This document shows positions 9,012 through 19,000 of a DNA stretch of 64,000 nt, one piece after another (positions within the stretch are counted from its first letter, which is position 1; every line of letters starts with the position of its first letter). The stretch is from a virus. The notes below the pieces were generated by a model. The model was not told where the DNA came from. It did no database searches and saw nothing but the letters and a program-made list of their open reading frames with translations. The position numbers and the translations under genes are program-made. The stretch lies in the IMG/VR virus record IMGVR_UViG_3300009431_000003; one strand, written 5' to 3'.

Positions 9012-10028
9012 TTACTCTACCTCCACATCGATAAAATCACCTTCGAGATTAACTGGGGGCATCAATGCTGCTCTGGGTTTATCATAATCTCTTTGGCCTT
9101 TAAGTTGGTCTATTTCCTCTATAGCAGCAGAAAGTTCGTGAAGGCTTTGTACGTTATGTTCTTTGGCCGCAATAACAAAGGTCTTCATAGCAAGTAAAAC
9201 CTGATTAAGGTCCTGTAAACTATCCTGAGAAGCAGTGGTATAAATATCCTTCACTGCTTTTCCGAGACGGACCATATTATTTACTTTTGTTGCTGATTGT
9301 GGTGCGGCTGCGGCTTCACAGAACATAGCATAAATACGCTGTAAAACAGTATCCAACATTGTTTTTCTCTCAATGCCTACATCTATTTTAGTATACATCG
9401 CAGCAACCGGAGGGCCTCCGGCGAGGATTGACTTTCTTTTACCAACAAACCCGGCTATCCCATCAAAGCTCCCGGACTCATAATTTTTGAAATAATGCAT
9501 CCAACTCTCAACCGACATTATCTTGGTATTAAAGAAATAGTGTTGGTAATGCATAATATCCAGACGACATAAAGATAATGAGTGTTTGTCATTTACATAA
9601 TAAGCAACATCCTCTGGAAGAACATCCCCTAAAAGGAGACACTCAATCATCTCCCTAATGTAGTTCTGTTCTAAAATTTCAAAAGCGGTGTGAGTAAATT
9701 CATTCGGACGCACCAACCCATAAATTTTACAATCCCTTTGAAATTTAATAGAAGGTAAATGATACGTCCCATTTGTCTGATAGTCTTCAGGTATACATAA
9801 AGCTTCCCGGCGCTCTTCAAGATATCCAGGAAGGTAAATAATTTCTTTTTGAAGCAATTGGTCAGTCTCAGAGTTACGTAATTCCTCCTGAAGTACTTTT
9901 CCGGGGGGAGCTATAGCAAATGGAAGTAATTGTGACTCAACAAAATTGATAAGTTCCGCAGTCTTTATTTTTTGTGCAAGGGGCAAAGTTAATAAATAAT
10001 CAATATAATATTTTGATGGATGCTCCAT
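9012..10028 (-). CDS. Hypothetical protein (helical; terminase small subunit is a weak possibility)
   Basis: 338 aa in the operon, ending in the acidic DFIDVEVE. No decisive motif. Confidence 0.55.
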   Translation of the reverse strand: MEHPSKYYIDYLLTLPLAQKIKTAELINFVESQLLPFAIAPPGKVLQEELRNSETDQLLQKEIIYLPGYLEERREALCIPEDYQTNGTYHLPSIKFQRDCKIYGLVRPNEFTHTAFEILEQNYIREMIECLLLGDVLPEDVAYYVNDKHSLSLCRLDIMHYQHYFFNTKIMSVESWMHYFKNYESGSFDGIAGFVGKRKSILAGGPPVAAMYTKIDVGIERKTMLDTVLQRIYAMFCEAAAAPQSATKVNNMVRLGKAVKDIYTTASQDSLQDLNQVLLAMKTFVIAAKEHNVQSLHELSAAIEEIDQLKGQRDYDKPRAALMPPVNLEGDFIDVEVE

Positions 10029-10030
10029 TT

Positions 10031-11995
10031 TTATACAGCCAATGTCTGTTTTAATTTTCGTAGGCCAGTAATAACAGCATCAAGGTATTTCATACCCCTG
10101 GCAACCGCAGTTTCAGGAATATGAGAACCGCCCATGCGGACAAAGAATAAAAGCTCAGCCAGTTTGTGCAGCGCAGTCTCTAAAGAAGGCAGATACTCTA
10201 CAAAGGTATCTACAGTATCTGGTTTTAGGAAACCAAGAGACAATATTGAATCTACTGTAGTACCATCCTCCAACACTGCGGCCACTTTAAATAACTCACT
10301 TAGTGCCGGAGGAGAAGGAACAAGACTAGCGTGCTTTTTAATAAAGGAAGACATTGCCTCTACTCTTTTATTATAAGGAGTAATTGGGAGAAATTCTCCA
10401 CGAACAACAACCCCTTTGGCACCTACATTAGCCATCGCCATCTTTTCCGTTGCCTGCTCTTGAGACATACCCAAGGATCTCGCTGCAAAAATTGCATCTG
10501 CAACAGAAACATTAAGCCGGTCACTTTCTGGAATAAACTCGGCAGCGTTTCCTGTAAGAGAATAGGTCCCATCAGTATGCGCAGCTATTTTGATTATCTG
10601 CGGATATGCCTCCTCTAAGATTATCTCTCCCTCAAGAGGGCTGATTGTTTTTCCTGCAAGTTTGGCAAATCGGAAAGTAGAGGGTAGATAGAATTTATCT
10701 TTCTTATACTCTGCTACTTTTTTAATGCCCTCTGAGATATGTATCTCGATAGGGGCTCCCATCTCAGTAATAGCTACCAAATGAGCTTTATCGCTCGCTT
10801 CTTTAATCCTTACTCGGCTTTGTATTGAAACAGGACCAAAGGCTTCCATAGTCTGTGGGTTATAAAATAACCCTTCTGTATTCTGAGCTGGAGCGTCATC
10901 GGGCTGTTTAATATTTGGATTTGGAAAACCTGTAATATCTTCTCTAATAACGTGAGCATGTTTCCCAAGAAAAAACTCTCCATTTCGCTGCTGACCGCTA
11001 AAACTCTTCACGTCCGTAAAAACCGCTCCATGATATTTTCCTTCTGAAGTAAGAACAGTAAACCCTCCAGCCTTCGCTGTTCCTAAAGAGGCGGCAACTT
11101 TTTCCAAAGATTCCGGAACCTCCTCCACAAAAGTATTGGGACCATAAATCATTGTACCTTGCTGATCTATATCATCCAGAGCATCCTTGCCAAAAATTGC
11201 TTCAGCTTGTTGAGAGCTGAGAATAGATTCTGTTGGTGCGAAAGCTGAAGTATCTGCTAGCTTTACTCTATACCCTTTATCTATATTTTGTATAAGCAAT
11301 ATATTTGGATTTATAGGAAAGGAAGGTTCGGCGTCTCGGGTCTTAGCTGTTTTCATTAAATTAAATACGGCCATTCCTACATCACTTAGCTCCTTGCTGC
11401 CCGCAGTCTTGTACATGATGGCATCAGCTAGTCTAGTATCGAGAGAAGCTACAAAATGTTTCGCAGTCTCCTTTGACACTCTACCGGATAAAGCATTTAG
11501 CACTACTGCACTACTTAACTTATCCATTTGGAGCCCAAGGCCTACCTGCCTTTCTTTCCCGCCACTTAGTGTCTCGTCTTCTCCATCCTTATCGCCGATA
11601 TACATATCCATAGGAGAGGCAATTTCAAGGTATTGGGCGACTCTATCCTCAGTTACCGGCATAAAGTGTTCGCCCACCACCATAATATCCAAAGAAGACA
11701 GCAGCCGGTCATTAACTACGATTGGTACTTTAATTTCCGGGTGGTTCTCTCCTTCTACCAACGACTCATCATTGGTGTTTGGTCGGATCAGAAAAAACCC
11801 TAAAGCAGTATTCTGCGCCGGGTTAATTTTTTCGAACATCACATCCACAATATACTTTCCCATAAAGGGATGTTGCCGATGTAGCTCCTCAAGCACTTGT
11901 TGTGGCCATGTGGAAGAATCATCCGGCAGCGGAGTTCCTACTACCTGTGCCTTTTTAAATAATGGTTCGCTGTCAAGAAAAATTTCGGTAACCAT
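10031..11995 (-). CDS. Putative virion (head/internal) protein rich in K-x-A motifs
   Basis: 654 aa with about 14 K-x-A motifs by hand count (e.g. LEKVAA, MYKTAG, LFKVAA). Confidence 0.65.
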   Translation of the reverse strand: MVTEIFLDSEPLFKKAQVVGTPLPDDSSTWPQQVLEELHRQHPFMGKYIVDVMFEKINPAQNTALGFFLIRPNTNDESLVEGENHPEIKVPIVVNDRLLSSLDIMVVGEHFMPVTEDRVAQYLEIASPMDMYIGDKDGEDETLSGGKERQVGLGLQMDKLSSAVVLNALSGRVSKETAKHFVASLDTRLADAIMYKTAGSKELSDVGMAVFNLMKTAKTRDAEPSFPINPNILLIQNIDKGYRVKLADTSAFAPTESILSSQQAEAIFGKDALDDIDQQGTMIYGPNTFVEEVPESLEKVAASLGTAKAGGFTVLTSEGKYHGAVFTDVKSFSGQQRNGEFFLGKHAHVIREDITGFPNPNIKQPDDAPAQNTEGLFYNPQTMEAFGPVSIQSRVRIKEASDKAHLVAITEMGAPIEIHISEGIKKVAEYKKDKFYLPSTFRFAKLAGKTISPLEGEIILEEAYPQIIKIAAHTDGTYSLTGNAAEFIPESDRLNVSVADAIFAARSLGMSQEQATEKMAMANVGAKGVVVRGEFLPITPYNKRVEAMSSFIKKHASLVPSPPALSELFKVAAVLEDGTTVDSILSLGFLKPDTVDTFVEYLPSLETALHKLAELLFFVRMGGSHIPETAVARGMKYLDAVITGLRKLKQTLAV

Positions 11996-11998
11996 TGT

Positions 11999-13039
11999 TT
12001 ACCCCTTTACGTTTATAAGGCCTATAGGAGGCCCTTGAATTTCAGTTACCTTATAAATAGTTGGTGTATTTGGCGCTGTATGGACATGTGACTGAATCGC
12101 AAAATTAAGTTGACTGTTAATAAAATCGACCAGAAACTTCATATCTTCATTTGCCGCAGCATTACCCGTAGAACCAGGAGCGGTAATTATACTATTAGCT
12201 TCAACATCTTTACAGGAAATATTCTTACATTGAAGATTATTTTCGATAGTAAGGTCCCCGCCCGGGCTGGCAGAGCCTATACTTACATCACCTACCAAAA
12301 TAATATTCCCCTTTAACATTATATCTGCTCCTTCAAGAATAATTTGAGGAGCTGATATTTTCTGCTCAACGGAGGCTTCTATTTCCGACAACCCATCCAT
12401 ACCAAACTTAAAAGAAGAGGCGCCTCCCGCATCACCGGAAATACCGTCCGGCCCTCCGACATTCATACTGGAACCACCTGTTGGAGTCCCTGCACCCATA
12501 TTGCCAAATATACCAATACCGCCTCCATCTTCACCAGAAGTAATTGCTCCTCCAAGAGAAGCAAAGTTCATCGTACGAGAAAAAGTACTCTCTTTTCCTT
12601 TACGATCAACATGCTTCATACCCAAACCTCCGGACCCAGACTGCATGGAACCATCAGAGTTAGCCTGCATCCCGCCGCCGGCGGAAGACTTTATCGCTAT
12701 ATCTCCAGGCTGAAGGTTTGGTCTCTTTCCTTGTGCGCCAGCGCCTCCGCCTGGGGCGCCTAATCCACCGTCTAAGATGGCTTGAGCCCCACCAGCACCT
12801 CCAGTCTTCATTGTAATATTCGCTCCCACAGTAGGAAGGAAATGAACGCCAGCTCCCTCATTATCGGCCATCCCTCCTATAGGTACACCAAACCAGACCC
12901 TAGAAGATCCATTTTCGGCAATATCAGCGGTATAATCATCATTTACCGCAATAAGCGTCCCAAATATATTTTGCGCGGCTCCATGCCTTATAGTTCCTGG
13001 GCCTGGTTGTGTTTTCTTACCCATTTTTGTTGTAGCCAT
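11999..13039 (-). CDS. Baseplate central spike / gpV-gp138-like puncturing protein
   Basis: OB-fold-like N-terminus (FLPTVGA), Gly-rich beta-helix-like repeats, and C-terminal HxH metal site (SHVHT). Confidence 0.6.
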   Translation of the reverse strand: MATTKMGKKTQPGPGTIRHGAAQNIFGTLIAVNDDYTADIAENGSSRVWFGVPIGGMADNEGAGVHFLPTVGANITMKTGGAGGAQAILDGGLGAPGGGAGAQGKRPNLQPGDIAIKSSAGGGMQANSDGSMQSGSGGLGMKHVDRKGKESTFSRTMNFASLGGAITSGEDGGGIGIFGNMGAGTPTGGSSMNVGGPDGISGDAGGASSFKFGMDGLSEIEASVEQKISAPQIILEGADIMLKGNIILVGDVSIGSASPGGDLTIENNLQCKNISCKDVEANSIITAPGSTGNAAANEDMKFLVDFINSQLNFAIQSHVHTAPNTPTIYKVTEIQGPPIGLINVKG

Positions 13040-16000
13040 TAATATCCCGCCTCATCAAGCACTTGACCAAATTCCTTGCCAAAAGCCATGCCCGGCACAG
13101 GATGCTCTCCATGTATCTGAGCAGTATGGCCTTTTGCCGCAGCATCAGTAAGTGTACTCTGAAGCCGCTCAAATTGCAATTTAGCTATCCAGTCTTCTTG
13201 CATATCTAACGGAGTCATTCTGCCTCGTAAGATTGTTCTGGCTTTAATTGGTTTCCAGCCAACTTGTAGATCTTTATTGTGCTTGATTACTTTGGACATA
13301 GGCACAAAATCACCAACCTCCCAAGAAGGATGAGTACCAGGATCAGTCACCTCACCCACATTAGTCATACTCCTGGCGATTGTTTCCGTATGCCGTCTGT
13401 CAATGTTTATTCCTTGCTTCTTATATGTGCCATGAAGATCATTGGCAATCATTTGTTGTACAGCTCTGGTTCCGGCTAAGGGTAGAAGATGGTGTGGATT
13501 AATCTTTCCTTTAGTAATTGCTTGTCCGCGAGATACCTTGCTCCCTTTATCAACTACAAGTTCCCTGTTTGCCGGGACATAATGCTCTGATTGACCAATA
13601 CTAACCCGGGAACCTCCAGCAGGATCATCGACTATAGTATTAACCAGCCCTGCTTCACGAGCAAGAACCGCAGCACCTTTCAGAGTTTTTGGCATGATAA
13701 GAATTTCTTTTATTCTACCGAAAGCATCAACCGCCTCTTTTCCAGGCTCCCATACACCTCCACTGTGAAAACTTTTCATGGAAAGGTTAACTCCCGGTTC
13801 ACCAAGAGAGTGTGCAGCTCGAACACCTACATTAGTACCAATTGCCAGATCTTGTCCACCTTCCATTCTGCCCATACATTTTTGACAGACTCCTTCTCCG
13901 TGCTCGCACCTCATAGGAGAACGAGCAATTATAGTCTTAACTCTGTTGTTTTTTGCTCTGGTAAGCGTTGCCGGAGTAATCACCTCACCTGCCCGCGCTA
14001 AAAGCTTTCCTTTAGAGCTGACAATATCTTTAGCAGCATATCGATTTACTATACTATCGTCATCATCACCAATTTTCATTGAGATACCTTGTTGTGTCTC
14101 ACAATCAGAGTCTTTTATTAATGTAGAAATTGTTGCTGCTGTAATTTGTTTTGTCAAAGCACCAGGCGCCTGAGTGGACGTTTGCTTTGTCAATGTCCCC
14201 TTCCTGGCCCCATGAAGAGCAGCCAGGTAATTTGATACGTCCATTCCTTCGCTATATGTTCTAGTTATAAGTTGAGGTATTGGTTGGCCATAGGGGTCCG
14301 ATACTAGTAGAGGCGCGGATATTATCTGCTTAATTTGTCCCCAGTTTCCTTTGGCGCCGGAATTAGACATTTCCATTAAAGTATTTGTTCCGTCGTCCGC
14401 TTTCTTTTTTACTTCCATTTCCAAAGGTTTCATTGCCGACACAATAGTATTTACTACTGCCTCGTCACGCACTTTCTTATCTTTAATAGTTGAGTTAATC
14501 TGCTCAAGTTGTTTCTTTAAAGTATTAAGGTGCTTTCTACGAATAGTCGATTTTGTTGTTATATCATCCAAGCCTATGGATATCCCAACTTGATATGCGG
14601 CATCATTCCCAACACTCAACAAGCTATTATATAGCTTACCAAAGTCCCCTGGGTTATTTTCAGCTACATCTTGAAGAACCTTCTTTACCTCACCTGTTGT
14701 AATTTTAAGGTTTGGGTCATGAAGAATATTTAAACGGTCAGCGTGTTCTTGCGGCAGTGTCTGGTAAAGTATCTGCCTGCCTGGAGTCGTCTGTTTTCCG
14801 TTAACTGTCACAACTTCCGTTATTTTAACACTTCCCTTATTGTATTCCTTCATCATCTCAGCGAGCTTATTAAATCTTTTATTGGTTTTCTTTCCCCATT
14901 TACTCATTTCATATAAGCCCTGAGCCGCTTCATGCTCGGGCTCATACATAACCCCTCCATGCTGAGGGCTTAAAAGATTTTGGGAAGGGGTCATTTTCCA
15001 AGCCTCTTCAACAGCCTTATCCCGAACCGGGACAAATACAGACACGGTATTCGAGAGTACAACCCCATCAATAGACATAAAAGTTTCAAACCCAGGAACG
15101 GTCAAATCATAACCATCTTCTCGAATACCTGTTCTCTCAAAACCAGTAACACGCTCAAAATGGACTCCTGGAATCTCTACCAAAGTTTTCCACTGAGGAA
15201 AGAGAGGGTGTAAACACTTCAATCCAAATTTCTCCAATGTCTTAAGTACTCTTTTAGCGGCGGGCTTGGATAAATATCCTTTTCCAATTGTTTTATGTAC
15301 AGTATTATATAAAGACTTATCCACTTTAGAAAGAAGCAGTCTCAACTCCTTAGCCAACACGCAAGGCAAAGGAATAAGGCGGTATCTGGAATACGCCATT
15401 TTGTCGTCTGGTGGGGGACCATCGAGGAAAGTTTTTATATGCGCTTTTTTATTTAGCTGGTTAGTTTCTATTCCGCCCATCCGATAAAAGTCAACCGTAG
15501 AGACATTAAGCATCCAAGCAGGTTTTCCTTTGGGAGTTTCGGTTGGTGTTATTTTAGAAGATGCTCCAAAGGAACGCAGAAGGTACTGTATATCTTGTAC
15601 GAGCCGAAGGCTGGTTGATTCAAAATTACATAGAAATTGGGGTTTGGTTTTTGCAAAAGAATACGAGACAGATCCATTTGTATCCCATAAACCCGATAAC
15701 AGCCCTCTACGAAACAAACTATTTGCTGCTAAGAAAAATGGTGGAAGGTGTTTATTCTCCACCCCTTTTCCGATTAGGGGCACCAATGCTGCACCCACCA
15801 CCTGACTGGAATAAGATAGTCTATCGCATCCGGAAGATCCAGGTAATTTATCCTTATTAGTCTTAGTAGTGTCAAAATAGCAAGACTCACCAAATACAGC
15901 CCTAAAGCACTTTTTAAACTGTTCTTGGGTGCCTTTATAAGAAGACGCTAAACATACCTGTTGAGGTACTCCATGAAGGTGAGACACCCACCCATCCCCA

Positions 16001-19000
16001 GCTAAAGCACCAAGCACATAACCAAAAGCATGAGATAACGAAACAGTTTTTTGTATCCTCTCTAAATGATCATAATAGGACCAAGCTGCTCGGTCCCCTG
16101 TTAGGTGTCCTACATCCGTCCCTATAGGCACAAATTGGTTACTTGCCTCTGAAGGCCGGCAGCGTCCCCATTCTAGCGTATCTTTATCTACACCATAAAC
16201 AGCCCGTTCATCATCATCTGTAATAATTTGGCGCCCAGAAGATAAAGTCACCGACTCAATCTCTATTTGGCGGTGAATAGACCACAAAGACACATCTGCC
16301 AATGTCAATTGCCCAGATGCTTCATTCACCGCAACGACTCGTACGCCTGGAGGCACTGCATAAAAAGTCCTATGATCTTTTTTACCTACAATCTGATCAG
16401 TATGAGGAAACTCAGACAAATGGCAAATAAAGAAATCCCCATTTACGTCAACGGCTCCAACTTGTTCTCGTACTCTAGCAGTCATATGAAATCTCCTTGA
16501 CTCCCAGAATACTTTATTCTGCTCCCATATGTCAATGGGTAAAAAAATCAACAATTCCGCATAGTTGGCGTCTCCATCAAAATCTGCCCCCATTACACTT
16601 CCAGTAATCAATGGATGGACTTTAATAGCATTACCTTTTACGGAATGTGCCTTAAATGCCAATACGTTATGTTTATGGAGAGCAGGATCTCTTTTCATCA
16701 TTACAGGATGCCGGCTCATTACCTTATTATAGTATGCTTCAGTCTCCGGTAAGCTCTTTTTAATCTTCTCCATCGCTTCTAATGGAGAATAACCTGCCAA
16801 GGACATTTCTCGAACTACAAGAGGTTTAAATATTTCTCTGGCAGCTTTTTCAGGCAGACCAACAGAGTCTACGTCCATTGTATGCTCTGGGATAATAGTA
16901 GAACGCATAGACATATCCTGGCGCTTACCCATCATTCTCTTCTGGAAGAACCCTTCAGAGGGCTTGTTCCCGGAAATTAAAGAGATAATCCCCTTGGCGT
17001 CCTCTTTCTTAGTTGTGCCCAAACCCTCATATCGCTTCAGGCTATCATATAAACTATTTTGTAATGCATTTACAGTATCTTCAGGAGTATCAGGATCTGT
17101 CTCATCCAGCTCTTTTGCAGTAAGACCAATTTCCTTATAAAGCATATTAATATCATGTACTTCAAGGTTCTTGGCTCTGCTAGCTACAGGACGATCAGTA
17201 GCATACTGTTCTAAGTTCACAACGGACACCGGACGAAATACAGGAGGAATTACCGGAACAGAGGAAATCATATAAGCCTTAACAGGCGACAACCCCTCTC
17301 GGTCCAAATACTTTAGAAGTTTAAGTTTTTTATATGTTTTAGACTTGGCTGCGCCTTTCTGTGCTTTTGCCAGAGCTTCCAAGGTTGATATGTCTTTTTT
17401 AGTATTTATCGCTTCCAGCTTCTTCTGGATAAGCTCCGGCCCTGTGATTCCTCCTTCACTATATTTCCCACTTAACGCCCTACCAAAGTTCGCCCCTAAA
17501 TCAGTAAGTAACTTTATTGGTTTTTCAAATACTGGGTTGGGCATTCTTACTGGGAGGTCAAAATACCCCCAGCGATGCCCATCCATTCCAGTTTCTCCTC
17601 CAAAGGTTTTGGGATCAAAAAGACCACCCTTCATAGGTACAAGATTCTTTCCTCGCAGCATTAGCGCGGGATCTTTAACTTTATTAAATTTTCGAATCTT
17701 GTTATCCGTAGCAGGAACTAACCGGACCCCCGTACCTTTCTTTTCAACATCCAGACCCATACCCCGCAACAAAGACTCAAATTTCTCATACACAAAAGGG
17801 ATCTTTGGTGGATGTAAAGGCTCTCCCGCCATCAACTTTTCCCAATAAAGAGGATCCCTATCAGATTTTGATGTTTGCATCTCCCTGATATTTTCAATTG
17901 CTCCGTGAGAAAGTAAGGCATACATACCCATCGCATCCATTGTTTGACCGCCCATGTCTCCTCTAACAGGAGACCGGTTAATATCATACGCAGCTTCAAA
18001 TCCTCCGGACCGGTACTTTAGTTTCTTTTTTACCTGATGTTTTTGCTTGACTACATATTGTTGTCCGGTTAAGACACGACCAAGACTTTTTCCTGTCTTA
18101 GAATCAAATACTTCTTCTTTGCCGCTACTAGGAAAGCCTGCAGCGCTTAATCTCGTTTTAATATTCCTGGTAACATCCTGTATAGAATCATCAAAATTAT
18201 CTACTATAAAAGGCTTCCCAGGCTTAGCTAATTTTGCCGCTGCAGTCTCTAATACCTGACCGGGATTAATTCGGCTGGGAATACTAAATGGAGTCATAAG
18301 AATCTCAAAGGGCTTTCCTTCTTTATCTACAGGCATTTCCTCATCAGGAAGTATCTTGGCAACGATTGCTTTATTGGCATGGCGCCCAACAACCTTGTCT
18401 CCAAGCTTAGTCTGCTCATGCGTCTTAACAAAGACTTGCACTCCTTGTTTATTTTTAATGACGCGGATAACTCTTCCAGGTACTTCCCCTTCCCAAGTTA
18501 CGGGATTAGCCTTATAAGCCTTTTGAAATATCTTCTTAAAGACCTTGCCTCTGGCAGAGGATATTTTTTTATCTATTTTGGCAACAAGTATATCATCCGG
18601 ATTGGCTATTTGTCCTTCTTGGATAACTCCGTCCTTATCAAGCTTGTCCCAACGATCACCTATCAGGGAATCGGGCTTTTCCGCACGAAGAACCTTTTTA
18701 TTTATAACGGTATCGTCATTTAACTCTACCTTATGACTGTATAAATGCTCTGAAGTAAGTTTCTTTGCCGCAGTTTCAGAGATAACAGTTGCGTCTTCAT
18801 AATTGTATCCCTTGGCGGGTAGATACGCTACTTTTAGGTTAGTTCCTAAGCTTAGAACTCCATCTTTAGTAAAAGAAGTGTCTGCAATAACCTGCCCTTT
18901 TTTTACTTTATCCCCTACACTAACCAATACTGTAGAAGACACCGCGGAAGGAGATTCATTCAAAGGAAAGTTATTGTACCTGGGCAATAAAACTGCTCGT

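Noticed and set aside
15049-16569. Class 3 (WCT) intein
   Set aside because: Block F position 4 is Asp rather than Cys, and the block-B Trp/His are absent.
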